64,000 nucleotides of DNA, taken from the NCBI GenBank assembly GCA_037379345.1, contig CM074512.1, positions 59,169,597-59,233,596 of the forward strand, in the 5' to 3' direction. The position numbers and the translations under genes are program-made. The notes beneath the pieces are model-generated. The model made no database searches, had not been told where the DNA came from, and saw only the letters and a program-made list of their open reading frames with translations. This DNA is from Perna viridis (lineage: Eukaryota). Positions 24,725 through 37,789 of this stretch are shown here, piece by piece. The stretch's first letter is position 1. Every line of letters begins with the position of its first letter.

Positions 24725-26171
24725 TCTTCATTCCTAAAACTCTCTGTCTTTCTTACATCTATATAATGTTTTACTTGATTCTCAAATTTTATTTCGTTAT
24801 TTTCAGTAATTGTCACCATAAATACAGCATTAAATATGTCAGGATTATTCCTCTTACAAGTTCAATCACCACACCCCAAAATTTTCCATAAATAGCATTG
24901 AAATTGTCAATTTGCAATCTGCAATTCAAACCAAGTTTTTTTTGCATTTAAAAACACAAAAAAGGGAATAATACAACAAAACAAAATAATCTAGGTGAAC
25001 TTTAAAGAGAGAGTGTCTCATTTATTTTTTGCTAAGATGTCAGACTGCGCAATTATAGTTAATAATGATTGATCATCAAACAATTGGCTGAAGATCTCGG
25101 TTTGGTATTCAATCTTTCAAATTTTTGTTTTATGGTCTGTGTTTGTGAATAAATTGAACAGATCTAAATCAAGGTTCTTTTATAAGATTATTTTGTGCAT
25201 TATCTATTTAGATCCTTTGTACTATGTTGTACTTTAAGATCTAACACTTATCTTCAGTGCACTTTTGGCTCTCTATTATTGCCCAAGTACTGAGATCACT
25301 TTGAAAACAATTTCATCTTTTTGAAAATTTGAAAATAATTCAAATTTCTTCGAATAAATCAAGTTTATACTACATTACACTTATGAACATGTGTTAGCAA
25401 ATATTCTGAAATGGTTTCAAAATATTCATTACTTTTGAAATGGTATTTAAAGAGGAAGAAATAATATTGCTGATATACTGCTGAGAACTCCCTAGAGATA
25501 GTTTGCCAAGTTACCACAGTATCAATATACAGATATGATATGTCAAGAGCAATCACTAAAGTCACAATACAACCTATAACAAAGAAATCTTCCCAGTTTA
25601 TATCATGGTTCTGTGATATATATATCTGGAAGTAAACTGCTTATCTATTCATAACAGCAAAAGGAAATTACAAGGAAAGACAATTAAAAAAATAGTACAA
25701 TTGTTACAGAACATGAAATGTTTCTCGATCATTTCTGAAATGTCATTGATTTCATATAACCATGCTCGAAAAACAGCCCTGATAAAGTTTTTTCAGTCTT
25801 GATATAGAATTCCCTAAAAAGATTTAAATGGCATGCAATGACTTACAACCTATACTCAAGATAGTATCTATGTAGTGCTTCAGACAAAATGAATGTACTT
25901 GTCTAGGAAAGAATATTCAAGCTTCAAAAAGATTTGTTCTATAAAGTAAAGCCAAAATTGACAATGCTATAAAAGTGTGTCCGTTTCTATAGAAGATTTC
26001 AGAATGAAAACTCTGTAAAATTGTTTGGGACCTGTTAAATTCCTAACTAACTACATCATATGACTTCAGTTTTAGAATTACACTTAGTAGGTACCTCCTT
26101 AGCATGTTGGATGGAGAGACAAATGAAGTAAAGTGGCTACTTGACCTGATTTCACTGATGATGAAACTGGT

Positions 26172-27081
26172 AACTAAAGGCTCTATAGCTCACTAACTTG
26201 GTAAGCTACATTCTAATATTTGTCAAAGCAGCAATGTTTTTTTTTTTGAATAAAAAGTCTAAACTCATACTTAAGAAACATATCAACTTTCATAGAATTC
26301 TGTCCAGTAGTTCCTATTGAAAAAAATTTCAAAAGCAATAACAAAATGTAAAAGGGTAATAACTCCAACGTGGCTCAACAGATTCACATGAAAATTGACC
26401 CAAGCAAAGATCTCACCATGCTGACCACTTTAACCCAAGTCAGAATCAGGCTAATTCTAATGATTTAGGAAATATACGTGAAAAACTGTTATTTAATTTA
26501 CCCATTCCACATCACATGACCACCCCTCTATGTAGTAAAAAAACTCACAAAACCTATGCATGGTAATTGAGAATGTGTACTATATAATTATATTTGTAAT
26601 TAACAACAAAAGTATATGAAGTTTACATGTGTGGGTAATTTGCCTCCATGCAGTAGGTTAGCAGAAAAGGTAAAAATGTTGATTTTCAGTATCATGATTA
26701 TCTATTCAGTATTCAAGTCAATTTTATGAAAAATTTCTAAAAACATACCAATTACATAATGATTTTGAGAGCCTTATTTCCAGGCTTCACAATGGTATGC
26801 AACTTTAAGATGCCATTTGTCCTGGGAATTCACAGTAAACTTCAAAAATGTTAACATGTAAAATAATGGAAACATTATTAGTAGTTAGTGAGACTGTAAG
26901 CTTACTTATCAAATGTTTCATAGAAATGGATATTTTGATGAAAACGGCCTTCCATGGTCATAATTTCAAATTCTACCATAAAATCAGAGTAGTGATATTG
27001 TTAACTATGACAACTGACAACACCACTAGATGCCAGAGGTCAAGTGATGGCAATAGCTCTTTGGGGCCAGGTGAGCTGAAA
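26172..27081 (+). mobile_element. HINE-like element related to 22427-23771
   Basis: 5' aactaaaggctctatagctcac. Segment 26352-26425 (aagggtaataactccaac..caacagatt..catgctga) matches 23453-23527. 3' end gtgatggcaatagctctttggggccaggtgagctgaaaa. Confidence 0.6.
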
Positions 27082-30000
27082 ATGACAATGGGTTCTGTTT
27101 GTTTCATGAACATTCTCATGAAATAACAATAATAAGTAAATTTTAAGAAACTCAGATAAGAGATTCTCAAGTTATGATGGGATATGTTAATGCAGAGAGT
27201 AAGACAGATGGTAACAGACAGACAGACATTCCTATAATATGTCTGTATGTAAAATACTCTGAATACAGCATAACCATGACAAGAAATAGTTAAGAGTGCA
27301 CTAAGGGTTATTAAACAGTTGTCTGTTGTAAGACATTACTGATTCAGTTGCTAAATGCTCCATTTCTACAGTAATAGATGTATTTTAGAACATCAGAGAC
27401 CACATATGGTGAATATATCAAACACAATCTTAATTCTATAAGACACCATCAGTTTATTATAAGTACTCTAGCACAAGCTCTAACCATTCTTCTAAGTACC
27501 ATCATTTGTTCGTGTCTATCAAGTGTCAATAATGTAAAGAAACTTGCCACTTAAAACAAGAAGTATTTATAAAAATATCTAGACAAGAAGCTCCTGATTA
27601 TTCTTAGTCCATGCTAATCAGCTAAGGAGGAGCATTACAGACAACTCCTTTGATTTTTTACATTCAGGGATATTAACATCCAAACTTCTATCAATCAAAT
27701 TATAATTTCAGAATCTATTACCACATAATTCAATCTTTGATTCGATAGGTTAAATAAACATTACCCTCAGAATGACTTCATTCACATCTTGGACAATAGT
27801 ACAGAGTTCAAGTTCAACAAGTGTATTGTATCCTTGAACTCTGACAGATTGTTGATAACAACTTTATTCTTTAACTCAAGATTCAAAATGATTTTTCTAC
27901 TATCATCCTTCATCTAATAGTATAAATTTCATTTTATTTCATAGGTACCCTTCCTACTTCTGAAATATCATGCATTTCTCTTCTACCTAGTGTTTGGTAT
28001 GTGAAGTTAATAAGACTCCTTGTTGATGTTACACCAAATCTAAATCTAAAGAATTATGAATTCAATGCTAGTAGTCAGACCACAGACAGAAAGATAAATG
28101 TCCAATAAAGAGGATTAATTAATGATTAATGAAACACAATGTAATCAATAATTAACCAAAGTAATAACAGATTCCATCAGAAATGATAAATCACTTCAGA
28201 TTTATTGTACTATAGGGTAAAATACTTCTCCATTTACTGAAATGTAGAATTATAGATATTGTACTATGGGGTACTTACTCACTTTAAAGGAACCATTGAG
28301 TTAATGCTCCTTTTTCATCAACTCAATTGTACTATTTCAGATATTATGCCATTGGGTACATTATCACTTCAGTTACTCAACAGAAGACTTACATTTATTG
28401 TATAGCTGGGTACAGAATCCCATGATGAACTGGAATAAGCATTAGTGATACAATACTTTAGTGGATACATACTGAAGCATGGTATCAATCTACATAATTG
28501 GTACTTTGGAGAATAGAAACTGAACAAAATTAGTCCTAATATGCTTTTGTCATGAAGTCACTGGGACATTTTAGTTTCCCTTAGAAACCTGCACAAACCA
28601 AAGAAATTAAGGATCAACTTTCATACCATGGAAAGATGTTTTATCCACATACGTTTGATGTACCGGTAAATATGGTATTAAAAACATTGGTTTTCTTTCT
28701 GATTTTTTTAGTTTTTGAATACATGAATAGAATGAGTAAATAAGATTTTTTCCCACACAAAAACAATCTACTGAGTGTGTTGTTCATCAGTAAAATTATT
28801 GAAGTTTTACAAAATTTGCTAATGCAGAATTTGAAACCCACACAACCATTATGATGTAAGCCCTCATCTGCTGTGACAGTTATTAGAATATGGATAACCA
28901 CCTTGTTTTTTTTCAAATAAATAGTACTTATCTATTCTGTGATATCATTGTTACTTTAAATTATGCACTTCATATTTCTTATTAGTGCTGAATACACCCT
29001 ATAACATTCCAATAATTATGTCTTTAACCTATAATGTAAAGTACACGTCTATAATTGAAAATTACTAACTACCATCACAATAACTAATGTAGGTTAAATG
29101 CTATATCAACTCCGTAACTACCATAGATTGATTTGAACGTTTTCTCATTTCTTTGGGGAAAAAAAGAGATTTTATTCTTGACTATATTGGACAAATGGCT
29201 ATTATTGAGCAATGACAGATTATGTCGCCATATCCAATGTTCACCTTACCTGTAATTCAGGAACATCAAAGACACGTGTGAGGATCCAATTAATTACAGG
29301 TACAACAATCAAAGCATCTTAATGTCCTATCGATTTCCAAATAAGTACCACAGTCAAGGTGCCTCATACATCTCATGTTCAGTAGATTGACATCAAACAT
29401 TAACAGAGTTGGAACTTGATCTTGAAAAGTTGTAAACCCACATGTACCTTTGCAATTTTATAATAAACAACAGAATGACAAAAATTCTTTTGAAACAGTC
29501 TTATCAGCTTAAGTTAAATGAGCTGAAACATGCCTAACAAAATCGTAAAAATATTATTTTTAAAATTCATTTATACCTGGCACATGTCTAAAATGATTTA
29601 ATCTGTGATGAACTGATATATCAAATTGGAAAGAAATATTAGAGGATGGAAATGTAGACAACTACTATATATTATACACACATTTAATATTTTTTAAAAT
29701 TTGAATATCACTTGTACTGAAAGCCACAAATTAGATAACAACCAAAACTGCTTACAACTTATGCCCTATCAATTATATAAGGGGAGAGAAAGAGAGAATA
29801 AACTATGGCCGCCATAGCAATGAGCTGGGTGGCTCATGAGTAATGGAAACAATTCAAAGTTTAACCCAATATAGAACTGTTGGTTCCATTTAGGTCCTCA
29901 CTACAATGTGGTCCTGCAGTTGACAACATTAGAACAAAACCTACTTATTTAATGTCATTTTTGTTCAATTGAATACATTAACATTTGGACCTACTGCTGT

Positions 30001-33000
30001 TGCCTTGTTATTTCTATCTAGTGGATAGTTCTGTAGAATCAACAACATGTTACTCAAAACTTTATCATGTACTGGTAATAAAACATTTTTCATCTCTAAA
30101 ATTAAAAATATTAAACAATATCAATAAAGAGACAGAGAAAGACACGAGCAACAGAATTAACATCCAGAATAAAATATATAGTGACTGTCATAATTATAGA
30201 ACTAGATCAGGATTTGTTTGTCTTGTCCCAACAAAAACATCTGTCAAAATTTCACCAAATGAACCTTTCATTTCAGTGCTAAATTTAGCATAGAATGTTT
30301 TCCCCCCAATTAATCCAACCATTTCTATCAGAATAAAGTTATTAATTGTTAAACCAGACATTTTAAACATCAATTCCTCTACAATGCAAAAAAAATTCTG
30401 GCACCATTTCTTAGACTCAACACTTTTACAATGAATATTCTTGGATTTTTCGTTCAACAACTTTGGCATTAAATGAGGCTACACTGAATAGGTTCTGCTC
30501 ATCAAAAAGTTAGTCAGTCAGTGTTTGAAGAAAAACAAACTTCAGAATTGGTTATTTTTAATTAAACTTAGATCATGCTTCAATGAAACCAACAAAAAAA
30601 AAGTAATTTAGAAATTTTCTGAGGCTTTGAGAAGATAAATGAAGTGTTAAAAGATTACAACTTATTTGTTTTCTTCTATTATGATAAATAAATTACAAAA
30701 ATGAGAAAACATTTCACACATGGTATTTCTACAATAATTCATATCATTTGAAGTATTTTGGTAATAAAAATGGGTAAAAAAAGTTATCCATATTGCAAAC
30801 TATAGGTGAAGTATAGATTTTAGCTTCATGTACATCTACTGCCCAACCTTTATACAAAGTTTCATTAAAATCCATTGACTGTTATAACTTACATGTACAG
30901 ACAGACAGGGTAATTTCAGTATTTTTGCTTTGGTAATATAAAAAACTTATAAAGCAGAAATTATTGCAATTTCCCCCCCCCCCACAAACAATGGAATGGA
31001 ATCAAAGTCTAGATTTTTTATTTATGACTTGTAAAATGGACATAAAACTACATTAGACATCAAACATCACTTAAAACACTAGAAATAACAAACAAAATTT
31101 CCATTGGTTCATTAGGTAACAATAAAAAAATACATAACAGCAAAAACTGTCTAATGGAGATTTCTAATTGAATATCAGGAATTAAGATTAAAGGCAGTAA
31201 TACGGTGTCATGATTTTCATTGCTAATATCCAAATTTTATTAAATTTGGAAATTATTTAATAACCTATTACAAGAAAGTTATGCTTCTGTAGATCAATGC
31301 AGAGCTATTTAATACAAATAATTCTATGGTGAGGACTAAGTTGTGGAAATTTGATTTGTCAGAAAGACTCTTTACTTATGGCCTCTCGGGAAATCATCAG
31401 AATGGAACAATATCTTCATGTACAGGAAAATTACTTTACATAGAATTTATGTGCAAAAACTTCTAGTTGGATGATGCCAAAAAAAACCTACTAATTCAAA
31501 TTCAGGTGCTAAATTGTCTGATGATTCAGTGTTTTACAGAGAACTTTTCCGAGACTTACACAAATCAAAATTCATTAATCACTGTTGTTTGCATAAACAT
31601 ATTTTTGTCCTTCAATTTAACTTTTAGCTAGAATATTGCTCCAAAGCATTCTTAAATGCAACCTCCCAAAATGCACTAGTTTTTACAAGAATATGCACAA
31701 AACTGACAATAACTCAGTGCAGGGTGGATCTATTCTACCAATTAACCCACAGAATAGTGAGAAAACCACAAAGTTAGTCTTCCATAAACCATCAATTTTC
31801 AATGAAGCATGTGCATGCAACAAGAGAATGCTGCTAATTTCATTTTAAACATTTGATGATCCACCCTCAGTGTATCCTTCTCTTTCATCATCAAATTTAC
31901 TGCTAAGTTAACCTGAGTTATACCATCATTAGGTCAATGAAGAGGGAACACGTATAGAAATCAATTATTCTGGTTATAGAGACTTATCTCAAAACTTTTC
32001 AAATAAAAGGTCATTGACATTTCAAATGAATAATATTATATTTATATGAGATTTTTTAATTCATAAATGAAACAATTATTAATTAATAGTACCGTAGCTT
32101 CAGGGAAGGAAGGTTACAGAAACTCGGGATACAGACAACTTAGGTTGGTGCAATAAAATGTATGAATATTGAAACAACAGTGATAATTAGATGAGAGAAA
32201 GTAAAACAACTTCATTTAGAAGATAACCAATTGATACCATGTAGTTTTTTTTTCTCATTTTAATTTAAAATATAAGATCACCATCCCTAAGTAAGCTTTT
32301 CTTGTTCATGGCTCCCAAAAACAATGTAAACAAAAGGCAGATGAGAGGAGCATGCATGCTAGGTGATGGATTAGCCACTATAATGGCAAGAATTTTTTCT
32401 TCTTCTATTTTTATCAAGCTCCTAAAATTTGGAATACTTTAAATAATATCCACTTTACATGCAAATATTCTTCAATTTGTTGATGTTATTTAAACAAGTT
32501 AAAGCATCCAGTACTGTAAAGTGATTTGAAATATAACAAAATGTACAATTACACAAGTATTCTATCTTGTGACATTTAATCATTGCTTTCTAATAAGTGA
32601 TGTCTTCAAGTACTCTGAAATGCCTCTGTGCTGAATACAATAGTGTAGTTATGCATTGTAAGAACCCACTGAGGTTAGTTTGAACCTATTACCACCCAAT
32701 GGGAAGAAACTAAAATACTATACATTAGGATTACTTCTTTTGTTTGACAAGCCATTACTTCAACAGCTGAAATTTGTAACATGATGCAAACATTGTCATT
32801 ATTAATGGTGCATATATTTCAAACTTATTCTCCATGTATCATTAGCAAGACAGTGAGCAAAACATGTAGTGGGCAAGTGGAATTGATTTCTTCATATCTT
32901 ACAAAACTTTTGATCATTCTCAATTCTAAGTTACCTTGCTCCCCTAACCTGTTCACTGAACCTACTTCCGAACTATTTACTTCTTCCATTCCAAAATCCC

Positions 33001-34530
33001 AATCAAAGGCACATGTACATACTTAATACTTTGCCATATAAAAGCTAAGCATTAGAAAAACAAAACTGGAAATAACATTTTGATGTGTAAATTCTTATTT
33101 TGAATCAAGTATGTGTTTTCATGTTTCTTTTGGCAGAAAGAGAATTTGGTAGCATAATTCATGAAATCCCCAGCACTCCAAGAGGTTGATTGATGAATAT
33201 AAACCTTATAATGAAATGTTTCAACCACACAATATTTGTACAAAGCATGATCATTAAGGACCAAAGAAACTTTTTCAATCAATTATAACCTGCATAGCAG
33301 AAAAATGCATATTTCAACAGAATCTGATACAGGAAGGTATTACAAATATTACAAATTTTGCAGAAGTATTCATTTTTCTGAGACTTCTGGTAAGATATGC
33401 TAAGAATAATTCATTTACTTCTTTGACAAAGTAATATGACTATTAGGAATTGTGACTGCTACAATAAAGTCAATATAACCAGTTCTCCTTGGAAAACTAA
33501 CAGCATTCTCACAAAGGACTTGATAGATAAGGGGAATTAGTATTCTGCACAGACCTGTGTACAAATATTTACTATGACCAGTAAATCAAACGCAACCTAA
33601 TTGACCATCAGCGTTAAGACAGAAACTTCCATCAAAAAGTCATTCATTCGGACAGTCTATAGTCAGTTCTTTATATAATAAATCAGTTTTGTCAGAAGTG
33701 GTCTAAATAAATGTTTCTTGCCCATTTTACTGTTGTGTAAATGGAGTTTTGCCTCACTTTGTCTGAGGGCTGCTTTTGATTATTATTGCTGTCTAATGCA
33801 TTATGATAGAAATAACTTTTTTTCAGGAATTGTTAGATTGATAAATCATTTGTACATTTTTTGCATGTATCAATACTGGTATTAATAACATGATCACTTT
33901 CAACAGAAGCCTCAACAAATTACTTCCTGAAATTAGTTTGCTACAAATCATTTTGCAATATTTCAACAGAAGCCATAAAATTTTTCCTGGAAAAGCTGAT
34001 GCTTGAAATTAACTGCAACTTAATATCCAAAGCATAACAAGAAGACATATTATTGAAACTGAGTAATTAATACTCATGTTGACATTCAACACTGACAGAT
34101 TCCAGAAAAGATTTGAGAAAAAAAATCAGTACAAACATGAATTTCCCTGTTTTTAATCCACATTTTTTGCAAAACAATTTCTGTATGGTAGTTATAGGTA
34201 TGAAACACAAAATCCAAGATGATAACCACACATTGCAGTAAAGAAACAGTGGCCAGGTGACTGTTGCTTACATGTATTTGTCATGGTTAGATTTACAAGG
34301 TATGGTAGTCACCACTGAAGTTTCCATATAAAGGATTGATAGCCGTCTATCAGACACTGATCTAGTAAGATTAATTGTACCACTTGGTTTGGTTTTATTG
34401 CTTCACACATCAGAAAACTATGCTCTGTAAATAAAAACCCAGCAGGGTAAGAAGGTAGGCATGTAAATGTACTTTAAGAAGATGACTGCTAACTTAAGTT
34501 TGAAGGAATCCCCTTTCAAGTTAAGTGTTA

Positions 34531-34731
34531 CTGAGAAGGTACTTTAATTTGTGGATACCAATTTTTGTGGATCAGGAAAGAAACACAAGTTCGTGGGGCT
34601 CTTGAATTCCTGAAGTTTACAGTATACCCATCAACAGGAATCTCTTATTCGTTGGCAACAAAATTTCATGGTTTAGTCTACCAACAAAAACCACGAAAAT
34701 TAGTACCCCACGAACAACAGTACTTTCACAG
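34531..34731. mobile_element. MITE with TA target-site duplication (Tc1/mariner-type termini)
   Basis: ta|ctgagaaggtact...agtactttcacag|ta, TIR 11/13 identical, with internal gtgg / ccacgaa subterminal repeats. Confidence 0.75.
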
Positions 34732-37711
34732 TAACAAAAGTCACTGTCCAATTGGAATCGAAGTTGATACTTTACAAATATTTTAGTTTTCCAAAATGCC
34801 TACAAAATCTGACTTGTTATGCATGAATTTATCAAACATTCACAACAACAAAAAAGTAACAAAAATGTAAAGTCAATTTTAGCCACAATTTTATATTAAC
34901 ATTTGCACCTGGGAAGTTTTGTACATATATTATTTCCAATCACAATATTCTAAGTCTTGCAAAATAAATCAAGCTGTTGCAAAATTATTTATCAAATTTT
35001 GACCAGAATTAATCTTAAAGTGGTACTTAGTAATTGTACATTGCAGTTGTGCCTTTTTTTTTTTTTTTTTTAATTTTTTACACACAAAAACTTGGGGGCA
35101 GATGGACAGACAGGAGGTAGCACTGCGGAATTGTAGGGTACACAAATTAATGATGCAGGACTGTTTGTATTGTAACCTCTGTAACAATCTACAAGTCTAG
35201 CAAGGCTCTTACTAATAAAAAACTTTAACAACTACTGTGTGTGATATCTTACAAAAATATGAGTATGAATTTCATGACAGCTAATGCCATTAAATCATCA
35301 AACACTATCCCAAGCTTTAGTTGACTTAGTTACTATCACAGATCAGGTATATACACCTTATTCTTCTTATTTATAACCACAACTTACCTGCACAATATAA
35401 AAATTACTATGTAAAGATTTCAATTTAAAATTGAAGATGAAAGGTCAGAGATATTAGCTTAGGGATAAAATGATTTGGGTGGGAAATAAATTAATTTTCT
35501 GTAAGTCTTTCTTTGAATTTCTATAGAAAGTTAAACATTTTTGACACTTATTCCCAGTGGCTTATATAAAATTCACACAATACAATTAGATTATAACAAA
35601 CACCTCCCCTACTGGCTTCTTAAGAAAATACATATTACTTTAAAACAATGAAATTAATATCAGATCAAAATAAGTATAAAGTTGCAGGAATTGTTATTCT
35701 ATGCATACACTGAACATCTATAGAAAGTTTCAGTTAATATCATGTTCAGTTAATACAGCAACCAAATTTTGTTACAAACAAAATCTGGAAATACAATATA
35801 AATCATTCCCATCAGAAGGACCCAATATTTTTGTGAGATAATTTTGACAATCATTATTCAACATTTGTCTAACAGGAAGTTATATCTGTCAGCAACAAAA
35901 TTGTTCACAATGGACAGCTCACTGAATTGGAACAACAAACCACCATGGAAAGTAAAACTTTTTGTAATGAAATTTACACTATAATTTACATGCATAACAC
36001 AAAACAACCAGAACTTGCTTGTAAAGCAGTATATAATAATTTCATATAAGTAAAGCTGCAAACCAAATTTGAAATCATTCCAACAATGGGCAAACTGAGA
36101 TTTTTGCTTACAACCTAAGACATACTAATACCAAGCTACATATAAATTTATATGTTACAACTGTAATAAAATGATAGTTCATCATAAGCCTCTAAAGACT
36201 GGTTAGTGAAAAAACATAGATATGTTTAGTGTCATGACTATGTATGAATGTGATGTTATGTTTATAATATATGCCAAGCTGCACATAAAAATAAAATATC
36301 TATCTATCATAGCAATTTTGAAATTAATATGATCAGTGGTAGGCAAGGTAATGGAGGAGGAGTTGGAATGGAAGGAATGGAGGATGGACAAGACTATTCC
36401 AATTTACCACCAAATCACTGAGTGGGGTGAAATTAACAACAGCCAAAAAAAAAAACAGTAATGAAAAATCCTTACAATATTATAATGACCATGTGACTTG
36501 ACTGCTATAGAAGACATTTTCAGCATTGAACTGATATTAAGACATTACTCAGAAAATTAATTTCATTATCAATAAAAATTTCCACATTTGGCAGAAAACA
36601 TCAGTAGCATTGATGACATGTTTTACCACCAATATTTATCCTACTTCTGTTCAAGTGGATGAATGTATTGTAACACTTCAAAAACAAAACCTTAATCTAA
36701 ATGATAGTGGTCTCCCATGGATTTTAATCATTTTTCAAATAAAGATGTCAAGTATTTAAGACTAAGATTTATGTCCTACACCCCCTATTTTTATCATGGT
36801 TTCATTCTTTTCCCCTTTTGTAGCATTCAAAGCCATGCTTAACACAATACATTTGTCATTATTTAAACCAGCAGTTGAAACTTCAGAAGACAAAAAAATC
36901 AGCATGTTAAGTACACACTCCTCTTAAGCACTAATCCCTATAATCAAGCCTTCGTTAGAAATTCTTCACTTTTCTTTGAACTGAAGTGTTCCATTCATAA
37001 CATAGTTTTGAATCTATGTAACATTTCTAATTCTAAAATCACAAGTAAAATTATTGGCAACCTGCAAGGTACATGCAAACTGCCTCTCCTGTACAAAATG
37101 TTAGATTCTAGACTATTCATACTTCCTCACTCTTGTTCAATAGTCAATAGAAAAGCAGGACCTAAACAAAAGCCACTGTAAATCACTTTATATATGGCAC
37201 ATATCTGTACATGTACCAGAAAAAAAACAATATAATACATTTAACATTTGACCACCTTGGAAGATAAAACTAATCATGACAGCAGACATACAGCAAAGAA
37301 AAATGTAGGTTTGCTCAGTGTAATTGTCACAACATATCAGATCACTACCCACCCAATAACATTCTTTACACCTTGTCAGTACAATGTCTGTACTACTGTA
37401 ATATTTACACAGCACATTTCAAATATCACAGTAGTTTATGTAATATAGCATAACTTAACACTAACACATATAACTTAGGTAGGAACTCATAAATAAGACT
37501 GTTAATTTGAGTGGGGCTCTAACATATGTTTGTAGAACTGTTTTAACCTTGTAAGGCAATGAATGCTTACTGCAATGAATAAATAAGCCCCTAATTTTGG
37601 CCCAATAAAAAGTGATGTGAAGCATAGAAGTATTTGTCTAGCTAGGCTATGAATGTCAAAGAAGTTGTAAGATCTAGTAATACATTTAAAATAAATTCTT
37701 TCCAGTCTCAA

Positions 37712-37789
37712 GGGGATTACAAGATATCTCCACTCGAGATAGTTAATAAAAAAATTAACTATCAGGAGTGGAGATATCGTGTAATCCTC
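37712..37789. repeat. Long near-perfect palindrome (~36-bp arms), probably the core of a non-autonomous DNA element
   Basis: ggggattacaagatatctccactcgagatagttaat-aaaaaa-attaactatcaggagtggagatatcgtgtaatcctc. Confidence 0.8.

Noticed and set aside
24343-24891. 182-aa ORF with 24-aa repeats
   Set aside because: It arises from a 72-bp tandem repeat of transposon-end sequence, and the remainder is low-complexity AT-rich sequence.
29250-29330. Strong minus-strand donor CAG|gtaagg as an upstream coding exon
   Set aside because: An in-frame stop lies 23 codons upstream, with no Met in that frame and no good acceptor. At most it is a non-coding first exon, which I cannot support.
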